Shown here piece by piece: positions 1 through 11,634 of a DNA stretch of 64,000 bases. How positions within the stretch are numbered: the stretch's first letter is position 1; every line of letters begins with the position of its first letter. This DNA comes from Daphnia carinata (lineage: Eukaryota): assembly GCF_022539665.2 (NCBI RefSeq), contig NC_081331.1, forward strand, positions 10,974,001 through 11,038,000, in the 5' to 3' direction. The position numbers were made by a program, and so were the translations under genes. The notes beneath the pieces are model-generated. The model was not told where the DNA came from and searched no databases. It worked only from the letters and a program-made list of their open reading frames with translations.

Positions 1-3000
1 CAGTATGCAAAGAAGTCCGTTGGGCTTGGATTCATAAAGCTGTAGGCAGCCCGTGTTGTCAACAAACTGGATATTGACCCAGTGGATGCCTTCGCGTTTG
101 TATTCTTCCTGTTCGTACTTGAAAACGTGCTGGTTAAAGTAGTACTGTAGATGCTCGTTGGCGTAGTTAATGCAAAATTGCTCGAAACTGTAACGGATAA
201 AGACAATAGAAAAAGAATCGGGTCAGCGCGTCCGTGCCTTCTTTTTTTTTTTCCGGGACTATTTCGTTGTTTCGATTGATAAAACATAGTCGGCGTGCTA
301 GTTTTCCTATCTCGATCATCTGTACCTATTCATGTTGCCAAAGTCTTCGAAACCGAAAATGTCCAAGACGCCGATAGAGTAGGCGCGCTGCATTTTGTCC
401 GCGTCTTTCTTGGCCAGCAGGGCGTGGTTCAGCTGCATGACGATCCAGTCAAAGAGCGAGCCGTAAAGGCACTTGGCCATCGCGTCGCGAGCGGCAATCG
501 CCTGGAGTATTTGCGGAAATAGAAACGCGACAATGAACACAAGAAAAAAAAAGATATAAAAAATTTTCTGAATTCCTTTTTTTATACCTCCGGCATGCGG
601 TAGTTGATGACGAGCGTTTCTCCAGAAGCTCTGGCCCGTTTCGAGACGAGCGCTTGGTGGAGAATCTCCTCTTTGACCCGCAACAACTGGGCGATTGTCG
701 TGACGACGGCCGTGTTCTTGACCGTCACCGACTCGTCGTGGTGGTAAGTCGATTTCTTCGGCTGGAACTCGACGTTGCCGATGTGCAAGACGGCCGACAA
801 GACGGCAAAGACTCGACGCTGCGTCTCGCTGCAGAAGCCCACAAACTCCATCGACTGTTTCAGCCGCGACAGCTCGTAGCACTCGTCCGCTTCGTCCAGG
901 TTGTGATAATCGCTCTGTCAGGATATTAAGATAAATATCGATATCGTTTTCAAAAAATGACTTGATTCAACATCATTAAAACATTCCAACCGGCCATACC
1001 TGATTTAAGTATCTATAAGCTTCGGGTGGTAATAGATGGAGAGCTTGTTTTTCCTGCGGCGAGGAGCCGACAAGTAAGTGGTAAAAGACGTGGTAATTTC
1101 GCTCGTTCTTGGCCTGGAAGCAGATTCGCGTCTTTTCCAGCAAATACTTTTGCACCAGAGCTCTGTCAAAGACACAATGAATTAGAAGAAAAGCAAACAT
1201 TTTTTTCGTCATTTACGTTTTGATTAATTACCCGTGAACTTGTCCATTCTCGCGATAGTTGACTTGGATGAACTTGCCGAAGCGGCTAGAGTTGTTGTTG
1301 TGCGACGTCTTGGCGTTGCCAAAAGCCTAAAAACAGCAGTAAACGGACGCCGATGAACACAAACACACACACAAAAAAAAAAAAAAAAAAGAAACAAAAA
1401 TAGACATTAGAAACAGCGTACTACTACACATGAGGAGTATGTAAAAACAAAAGAAACGTTCCACAGAGAGGTTAACGGAAAAAAAAAAACAAAAAGAGAG
1501 TGAAGATGGCGCCGCTTGAGCGTTTATGGACGGCTGGTGAGATAGAAACAAAAGAAAAGTGAGAGCCAAGAAAGAAAAATAAAATAGAAAGAGACAGGGT
1601 GAGACTGTAAAAGTCGATCGCGTCGCACGCGGTCTAATTTGAGCCGAGAGTCGGACAGAGTCCATTTGGTCGTGACTGAACGATCGACAGATTCCTTTCC
1701 CCCGTTCGAAGAAGAGAAACCCGCCCCTCGATCACCCAAGCTTGGACGCAAAAGCGCGCGCACACACACACTTTGGATCTAATCCAAAATGGATGAAACA
1801 TCGGAGGCATGAGATAAATAAAAATAAAAAAATTTTGTAAAAATAAACGAAGAAGACGAGATATAAAATAGAGGTTCTCGCCCCAATGACCGATGTCACA
1901 GTTCGGTTGAATAAGAGTCGCAGAATTCTTGTCAAGAATTGTGTCAGGTTCCAGTTCGCTATGCATTTGTAGGCCAACTCGTGATCGTTGCCATCCAATC
2001 ACATTCAGTCGCATATTTTAATTCTTTTTTCATCAAACAAAAATCAAAGACAATGACAACAGGAAAAGCCATTCTTTCATTTTTGTTTTTGATACTCATC
2101 GGGTTGTTCGAAAAACCAGGTCATAACGTCAGGGCATTCATCTGAAATTCCAAACATGGACGTATGTAGATTTTGGGAGTGAAGTTTGAGAAGAACGTTT
2201 GTTCAAGTCGCTCAGTCCGATCGTTGAGACACGAGCAAGGTGTAAGAATTCATGCCAAAGTGCTTCTAGTGCTACTGGAACACCCCCCGTTGGAGAGAGC
2301 CTTTTGTTGCTTATTTTTTCTACGCACAAAATATTCGAGACCCCATGCCGGAGCATTTTCTCGAACTGTTCCAGTCAGAAATAGCTAACTAATTGGCGTT
2401 TGATGATTAAAACGATTTTTTTCGAGCCCAATAAACAGGACGACATATTTGCCTAAGGAAAAACAAAAATAAAATGAAAAATGATGGGACTACTTACTTC
2501 AAGGACGGGCCCGGCGCTGAGTATGGTCTGTTCGACGCCGCAACCTTGGCTTCCCTTTTGCGATAACGCCGTCAAGTGGTGGAGCAGGAAGTTGGTCGAC
2601 TCGGTCTTGCCCGAACCGGATTCACCTATCGCGTTTTTGTACAACAACAAAACACAACAGTAAAAATCAAGTATTTAACAATATCCTGAAAAATCCAAAA
2701 ACAATTGAAAAAGGATAAGGATCCATTAAAACATCCTTTTTGCTTTTTAAATAATACAGCTACTTGTTTTCTCAATTGTGTCGAGTCACGAGAAGCGTCA
2801 ACAACAACAACAAAGGGCCAAAACAAAAGCAGACGCTTTCTACGAATGGTGATTTGCCTAATCGGAAGAGATGAAAAGCGAGGAATCATTACCGCTGATG
2901 ACGATGCATTGGGGTTTTCGGTCGCGCATCATGGCGTTGTAGGCGGCGTCGGCGACGGCGAAGATGTGGGGCGGCAGCTCGCCGAGCCGACGGTTTTGGT

Positions 3001-4170
3001 AGAGTTTCACATATTTCGGGTTGTAAATGGGATAAAACTTGAAGGGGTTGACGGCGATGAGGATGGAGCCGACGTACGTGTAAATGTGGCCGGCCTGGAA
3101 ACGGGCCCGCAGGTTGTCCATGAGCGTCTCCTCGTTGAGGTCGGGCAACTGGCACAGGTCGGGGTATTCACGGTCGCGCGGCTGGTAGAGGAATCGGTAA
3201 AAGTAGTCTCTGATCAACTGCGGGTCGGCGTTGAGCGTCTCGGACCAAATGGCGTCGCTGAGTTTCTCGCGCAGGTAAAAACGATATTCAGACTGTTGCG
3301 ATTCATCCGCATCGGCTCCGCCATCGGCTCTTTCGATTGGACGGTTTTCACTCGTCCTAAATTCATTTCCCAATTTGCAATAAAATTTTTTTTTTTATTG
3401 TCTATTGATTAATGTTTGTACCTGGAAACGGAGCGCTGGAGAAGCTTTCGGTGGGCAGCCAAAGCGGCCAGAGCGGAGGCAGTCTCTTGGGCGGGCGACG
3501 AGACTTTCGGCCAGAGGAGCATAAGGGCGACGGGCAGTTCGTGGGGCGCCAGCCTCCTCTCCTTGCACTCCTGGCCGACGGCATTTCCCACGACTTCGGC
3601 CAGCTCATAAGACTCGACGGGCAGAGGTAGCTGCAGCTTGTCGACGATGCAGCAGACCATCTCGTCGGCCGTCGTGCCCTTGAGGGCTTCGATCGACAGC
3701 GCCTCGAACTCGGGCGACAACGCGCCCACAAACACCTGCGTCCAAAAACAAAAACAAAATAAATAAACCCTAACAGTGGTGGCGGTCAATCACACATTCA
3801 CGTTTCCGTTTTGGGTTATCCACGCGTGAGTGTGTTCCAGCTGTTGCACGCAAGAAATAAAGAGGGGGGGGGCCTCATCAGTCATGGCAACGGCCGCCAA
3901 TGACCGACAACGGAGTTAGGCAGAAAAAAGAAACAACAAAAAAGAGCGGGCAAGATGTCAAGAACATGACAACGAGTGAACGTAACATTTCCTCGACACG
4001 CATCATCATCGGATGAGACGGTAGGGCAAAAAAAACAAAAAAAACTGCCAATTTTCTTTTTGTGATTCTCGATATTTTTTCGCTGTTACACGACCACACT
4101 GAATCTAACGAAGAAGAGCCTAAAACGATCGATAAAATACCTGTACAATGTAGCGCGATTCTGGTTCCAT
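1..4170 (-). CDS. Myo9: Unconventional myosin class IX, N-terminal part (RA domain and first part of motor domain); continues off the left edge
   Basis: In-frame GT-AG exons 4170-4141, 3735-3422, 3356-2893, 2625-2498, 1326-1232, 1162-1000, 914-588, 501-326, 187-1. Translation gives [24 protein letters not shown].. (RA-like N-terminus), [12 protein letters not shown]-loop [31 protein letters not shown], switch II DIFGFE and [11 protein letters not shown]. Confidence 0.93.
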
Positions 4171-7100
4171 GATGATGATGATGATGGCGGCGGTGGTGAC
4201 GTAACTTCATCACGCGCCCACAGATTCCAGCCGCATAAATCCAGCTCTCTCAGTTCGGTTTAACCGATTAAAAGACGATCCGGCGACTAGAGTCCGGTTC
4301 GTTCCAAACGTAGCGTCACTATCGAAAACCTACGGGAATAAAATAAAAATGATTCTTTCAAAACAATTTAGATAGAGATGTTTGAACTGACATTGGCAAT
4401 CATTCGACAAAGCTTCAAGGGCAAAATAATGAACGGCAAATACAAGAATCAATACCGTTCCAGAAATCTTATTTCCTTATTTAAAAAAAAAGAAGAAGTT
4501 TAACGGTTTCTTTCAACTCCATCCTGTCAAGCGGAACGAGAAACAATTTCGAAACCAATTTTTTTTTTCCAGATTTTTTTTTTTTTTTTTTTTTAAATTA
4601 TCATTTGAAATATCCGGTCAGCAGCCATCTGTCACCGGCTGGTCATAACAAGGCGTGAACGAGTCCGATAAGATTCAATGGACGTCCTGCCCAGTTGCGT
4701 CCAGTTGTATAACTGTTTGTGTTCGCGTGTGTTCTTCCTTTGTCTTTCACACATACACATGATCGGGAAGAGAGAACAAAAAAAAAAAAAATGGACGTTT
4801 CGATTGGTTTGTTTTTATTTTTTCACGAAATCTTTTTCTTTTGTTGTAGTTGTTCTTCTTCCGGCCCTGACGAATGTTGGCTTAGACCTCTCTTTCTCGT
4901 ATCCGTCAGCCAAAAAGATGAAAATTTTTTTCCGACGCAATCCGGAATGCAGTGCGATTCTGTACACGCTACCACCGCCATGAAAGAGGAGAGAGAGAGA
5001 GAGCCACCACGTTGGCGAATTACATGTTGGCCAAAATGCAAAAGTGATCCATCAAAGAGTTGGTTGCACAACGTGTCAGCTCTTTTCCACGACATTATCC
5101 GGGATAAGGATTGGTGTGTTACATCTCCTCCCTGTTCTATTGGACACTCGAGACCAGAAGACGAGAAAACCACTTACGTGAAACCGGGGCAGACGGGATG
5201 TTGTTTTGACCAAGACCTATTTAATGCACGGCATCACGGTCGATCCCGAGTCTGTGACTTTGAGTTGAAACATCCAATTGTCTTTTGATATTCCTCGTCC
5301 CTCGTCGCAGGCACAAAGAGGACACAAGAGGAGGTCGATACTATTCCGGCAATGTGGCTTATTTTTAGCCCGCTTTATCTTTTCTGCCTCTCGACTCGTC
5401 GAATGGGAACGTCGTAGTGGTGGTAGTAGTACGTGTTGTTTAGCCCACCACCGACGATACAATACACACACCGGAGAAAATGCGTACTCCCCCCCTCCCC
5501 CACAAAAAAATTCAACTCAATTCCACAATCACTTCTTACGTTAGACCGCACGAAAAGTGTACATCCCGTAACGATAGAAACGATTCACAAAGATAGCGCA
5601 TTATGTTTGTAACTCCCCCCACCCCGCACACGCCAGTCTTCAGATTCTTTCCCAATCGACCTGCTGCCATCAACTATTGCAGTACGCCACACGGCTGCGT
5701 CCGGCCCAGAGGCTCGTCCCGCACTAAGAAATTCTTCGGGATCGGCTGGCAATCGGCCCTATACCGGCCAAAAGGGGAGGATGAGGCGAGTGACGAAGAC
5801 GGACGCCAAGTCCAGTCATGCGCGTCATGGGAGAGAGATCCTTTCCGAACGTAAGCGCCTGTCGAGCGAGAAGAGCAGAACCGCACACGTACACACAAGA
5901 GTCTGACAGTGGCTACACTAGAAAAATCAGGCGCTCCACTAGAGGCGCCGTAATAACAACAACAACAAAACAAAAAAGAAACGACTCGTAACGTACAGTA
6001 GCTGCGCACACAACCAATTAACTGTGCTAATGTCTTCGAAGACAACGTCGTGCTGGTGGGGCTGGGCCGGAGGTTGACTGACAAAACATCTCTATCGTAG
6101 AACAATACACATCGAGAGTGATGTCTAGTGTGCTAGCCGGGACCACCCGGTACGAAACACAGACACAAAACACGTTGTTGTCATCGCTTAAAATCCATCC
6201 CCCCCCCTTCCATACGATAAGTTGTACGCAAGACGCCCAACAACGACGTAAGACGACGATCCTATCTCTCTCTCTCTCTTTTTTTTTTCTTCATTTCACG
6301 CTCGGCCGAGTGTGGCAATTGACTTTTGCCATTTCTTGTTTGTTTCTATTTTTCTCGAAAAAAACTCAGGATTGAATTTAGTAGTCAAACAAGAGCACGA
6401 TGTTAAAACTCCATGCCAATGTACAATTGGATGAAAGGAGAATGAAGAATGCTTCACTTGAACGTCTTGGCGGTTGAGGGCAACCGGCTCCTTGCTTTCT
6501 CTCTCCGCACACCGAAATGTAGTCCCGTTGGCACGAGACCAGACGCGTGCCAATTAAAAGATCCTTCGTCTCTTTCACTGTTCTTGCTCCCGCAACTGTT
6601 GTAGGTTATGATAGTCGCAACATGAGCGGGACAGCGTCACATCTCGTCAGCGTCAAATTCAACCGACAGCCACAAAAAGCGGGAAAGAGAGAAAAAAAAA
6701 AAAGGCAAAAATCTAACCAACCAATCCGTGGAGGTAGAACGAAACACACTGTTCGGTCACGCTCAAACGACCAAACGGCAAACTAGTCAGGTGTTTCAAA
6801 TGGCGTTGTTTCCTTTTTCCTATCGATATTCTTTCGCATTAAAAAAAAAAAAAAATATCAACATTACAGATGATATTGCAATCATTGAGCGAACGCTGTT
6901 TCGGTATTAATGAAAACATGCAAAAATTCGATTTAAACGAAGCAAATGCTTTGGCCGAAGACCAAAGAAACAATGCACGCTCTCTTCTTTGGCTTCGGCG
7001 TTTGACGTAGTGTAGCTCGTTTGTTAAGACGCAGAAAGAAGGAATGTAGTTTAAAATAAAAAAGAACCCAAAAAATCGGAGACAGAAGAAAAAAGGAACG

Positions 7101-9109
7101 CAAAAACCGCGTCCCAAACGCCAGGTGTTGGCTGACAAAACTCTTTTGGAGCCGTCGAGAGCGAGGTGACCATGATTTTCGTCGACAGCGCAACAGTTGG
7201 CCAAGAATGAGGGAGAGAGTCTGTCCGGCTGGACCGTTTTCTTCCTTGCGCTTGGTTGCATCTTCCCACATCTCCCTCCCCCATGCGCTTTCCACATAGA
7301 GATATGGCGGTAGAAGCAGCAGTCACAACTATGCACCCACAACGCACACTAACGGTTTAAGATCCAAATGAGGACTTCCTCCATTTCATCGCAGAGACAA
7401 AAAGGCTATACTGAAGTGAAGCCGGAAAACCATTCAACACATTACACATCAAGCTGGAACGGAATAAGAAAACCGGCCGGCTGGAACGCCCCCACACACA
7501 CACACACACTTCACTCATCTACATGCCTACGCGATGAAACGTTGCGTTCGTTTCTCTTGCGAAACGCAACAGCTTCTAAGGAGTTTGTTATTATTTACCT
7601 GTTTGGAACGGCTGTTTTTCCTCTGCTGCTATTTTACTGCAGAGGGTCTCAAGGAGAGAAAAAGAAAAGAGAAGCAGCTTGCAGCCTCTTTAAAGCTCTA
7701 AGCTACTAGCTTATACTCGTACGTACAAGATGTTTTGCCTGGCTCCAGCCAATGCTTACGTCTCAAGGCCAACAACAATAAACTCACCACTTCTCTCTCT
7801 CTCTCTTTCTCTCCTATCACATCTTTTTCTTATATAATCCTGTCGGCGGGCAAGGGCCGAAAGAATTGTGCGTGCAACAAGCCTGAGCGATTCAACAGCC
7901 GATCAAAAAACGTTTGCATATGCAACTACCATTTCTACTTGTCTTCAAGTATTCTTCCGACACGCGTTCGTGCTCATCCGGGGCGAACGGATCATTACAC
8001 CTGCCCTAAGACAGCATGCGGCTGCTGCCAGCAAGCCTCAGCATAATATGTGTGTTAGAAAACTTGCATGGGTTTTTGTTAGTATAAAAATGCCTTTATC
8101 TCGACGTTATGGACATGGTAGACTAGAAGAAGGTGAGTTGCAGCCATATGGGTGGACCGATGAGTGAGAGAGAGCCATTGCCATTTCAAGACACTTGGGC
8201 AGCCAAGCGAGCCCACCGGTTTCCCAGATCATTGAAAAATGTCAACAAGAGAGGAAAAACCATGCACAAACTAGAAGCATGAGGATGGTAGTAGCCTTCC
8301 CAGCCATTCACTATTTTTTGGCTAGACAGTGTCAGTATGCGAGTAAATAAAGCCAAACCAGAAGTCAGCACGAGCTCACTAATGTAGTTACGTAAGCTTC
8401 TAGGAACCTATTACTAAATGAGCAAGAAGTTTCAAAATGTGATACTTGACAAGAGAATGACATACCAACTTGGAATGACAATGGACTGTCATAGCTGGAG
8501 TATCCTTGCTGTCTGTTGATAGGTTTTGGCCATGGACGAAGTCAGCTAATTCAGTCTCACAATGAGCCAGGCTTGGTGGCTGATGATGTTCGCAGCAGAA
8601 ACAATGGGTTGCTGTGCACAAAGCAACACCAGTTGGTTTATTCCCCTTTCCTTTTCCAATTTTTTTGCAGTTCCAACCTGTTGGTGATGTGGCCCATGTG
8701 CGTTCTAACCCCACACACTTCCAACACCCAAACGTCCCGAGACCTCCATTAAAACATCATCGGCCTCGTTGATCCGGTAAAAAAAACAAACAAGCAAAAA
8801 TCAACGTTTTCGAAAAAAAAATAATAAAGGAGGAGTTGTTCACTGCACACCAGGCACCCGCATATACACTCAGATATATATATACACACACACACATACA
8901 CACACACAAACGTCAATGTTAGGAGAGCGTTTGTGACGTGTGTTCCCTCGACTCTGTTCTGTTTCGGGTTTGGTATCTGTTCGGGAGTGACTGTTCCGAG
9001 TGTTTCCCTCCCTCTTCTGTAGGCAGGGTTTCCTTTTTTTCCTTTTTTTTTTTTTTTTTACAACGTTGCCATCCTTTTCTAAACACGATTCGACGTGCAC
9101 TGACGTCTG

Positions 9110-9130
9110 AAATCAGACGAACTGACGGTT
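9110..9130 (-). promoter_or_regulatory. Candidate transcription start (Inr-like TCAGTT) of myosin IX
   Basis: Minus-strand CCGTCAGTTCG at about 9118-9128. The start-codon exon has an acceptor at 4330-4331, so upstream non-coding exons must exist. A CpG-poor patch lies just downstream. Confidence 0.35.
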
Positions 9131-10930
9131 GCAGTTGGCCTAAAACGAAGAATTATTATTATCTTTTTTTATTGTCAGTTTGAGTTGGTGTATTATATAC
9201 TAAAGTCAAATATTTTCGTACTGTGTAACCTCCTAACGACTTGACAAATTCTTCGCATCATATTTTGGATAGTTTTAGTGTTATTGATGCCTTTTAATAG
9301 CCGACGTTTGCACTGGTGACAACTGATTTATCGGAACCCCCAACTGTATAAGTCGTTAGCATTTATGTTGTGGTTCATTTCGTTTCATCGGGTCCTTTCC
9401 ATGTTTTCAACAGCTCGTTTTCTTACTTTTTTTTAAATTTTCCTTACAACTTGCGAGTTGGGAAGAGAAAAACACAAACAAATACGAAAACCAGGTTGTC
9501 GGGCGCCCAATGCTGATACTGGTTTCATTCATTGAAGTTCAGTAAAGGCGGGAAAAATCCTTGAAAAGAATCAAGTTGGACTGCTGATAACTGCTTTAAA
9601 TTACGTTACCACGACATAAAAGAAGCCCTTCCCGAAAGAAAAGAAAACCATATGCAAATCTCTGCAACGAACCTCACCATACGTGCGTCAGTGGTAAAAC
9701 CACATACCGATAGGTACCCGGAGGTCAACATTACAAACGTCATGTCGAACAAGAACCAATCCAGGATCTACTCATAACGCACGGGGAAATTTGTCCACAA
9801 TTTTTCACCCAACATCTACGACAAACATTTCGCAAGCATTCAAAAGGATAAGACGAAGTTAATGACAATTACATCCGTTGACTTTCAACATTCAATTAAA
9901 AAAATAGCCAGAACTTTCTGTTGCATTCAGTAAGTAGAGGTAATATAAAGAAAAAAACTGTTAAAATTTTTCTCTCTTAAAAACAAAGGAAGCAAAGGAA
10001 AACATGTGTGCTGTCATTTCAGCAGTAAATCTCGCGGCGCGAAGAGGAAGCAGCCTCGAGTGAACACTTAGCTGCTCGTTCCGGGACGCCGGACAGTATG
10101 GACTCGAGATTGCCTTAAAGCCATTCGATGTTGTTGGTTGTTGGCGCTTTTGCTGCTCAATCCAAGAGAAAATAAATAAGTAAGTAAAAAAAAAAAAAAA
10201 AAAAAAAAGGTAGCTGTACTTATTGTGTAGATTCTTCTTTTATTTAATGGCTTTGATCATTATCTTCGGAACCGTTGGAACAGCTCAATCAGTTGACTTG
10301 GAAGATGATGACTTGGAGGGCTCGACTTCGTTGCTGGTTGAAGGCCACCGTCGTCACTGAAAATCGATTGCTTTGACAAGACATTCTTTCCCGATGAATA
10401 AGTCGTGACTTCTCGTGAGAGTCTAACGTCAACAACCCGAGTGTTGACTCCTTCGACAGAGGCCCCAAAACGGCCACAAAAGCCATCGGGGGTCTTGCAG
10501 CGAGCAAGCGCGTGCTTAGTCTACTGCGACGCAAAGTTCCAATCGTCTTTAGCCCGAGAAAAACACAGGACAGTATTTATCAACAGACAAGACTTCCAGG
10601 TGCAACTCGTTTTCAGAAAGAACAAGATGGAGGAGAGAGAGAGAGAGAGAACTTCAAAGCTATTCCCGTCCGACGAGTATGGGTGTGTCGCTCCACGTGC
10701 GCCCTCTCGGTGCTGGCCCCGCTTCGTCACTGGTGGGACGAGAAATACGCACTCTCACATGGAGAGTGGAAGAGTGGCGTACGTTTGAAAAGCGTAAGAA
10801 AAAAAAAAACCTGACCGGAATTCCGTGCGGCAACGAATGCCAAAAATAGCCAAGCTCCTCACGCAAAACAGTTCTACCGTAGTAGATGCACTTCCGAGGA
10901 ATTTGAAATATTTGTTTTTAAACAATAAAA

Positions 10931-10996
<66 letters not shown>
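10931..10996. repeat. 66-nt poly(G)/poly(C) homopolymer
   Basis: Uninterrupted G run on the + strand; exact length may be a sequencing or assembly artefact. Confidence 0.9.
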
Positions 10997-10997
<1 letters not shown>

Positions 10998-11634
10998 GTA
11001 AGAAGAGAAACTTGGTGGGGAGAGGTTGATTGGCTGGTTCGGATCGGATATGACAAAAAAAGGTGTGGGGGGGAGGGGGAAACACGGAACAAACAAATTA
11101 ATAAACAAGATGAAAAATCAAATGGATGCATGTCCGTGTTTTGCAAATTTTTTTTGTAATGTACGATTTTTTTTTGTGAAGAGAAAATCATATTCCTGTA
11201 GATTGCGTTTAAATTTTTTTTTTTTCAAAGGTCCATTTGTGTTTTTGCTTGTTCAGAATCAAAGGGTTGAAAAAAAAATGTTTTTTGGCGAAGTTTTCTT
11301 TTTTTAAAAACACGCAAAAAAGGGAAAAAAAAAACAGAGGCAACAAACGCACATGACACGCATCGTCAAATCATTATCGGTACGAAAATGGTTCTTTTGA
11401 TGTTGCGATTTCTGATTACACGTGAAAACAAATGGGGAAAAAAAAAAAAAAAAAAGAAATTATTTGCGGCGGGTGGGAGTTTTCAAGTGAAGAGTTTAAA
11501 TCATTCATAACAAGACAGGTGCCGTTGGGTGGTGCCAGTGGTGGGAGAAAGGTTGTCCAAACAGAATCGAAAAGTGCTTAATTGACTCTCTTTTGTTTTT
11601 TCCCAGTCATATTGTTTCGTTTATTTGTTATTTT

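Noticed and set aside
2705..3412. 235-aa plus-strand ORF
   Set aside because: Antisense shadow of GC-rich myosin IX exons.
4678..9183. Many 60-190 aa ORFs in the myosin IX 5' introns
   Set aside because: Low-complexity F/K-rich translations of homopolymer-rich intron; no recognisable motifs.
10755..11191. Poly-proline ORFs (117 aa, 105 aa)
   Set aside because: Produced by the C/G homopolymer; no coding features around it.
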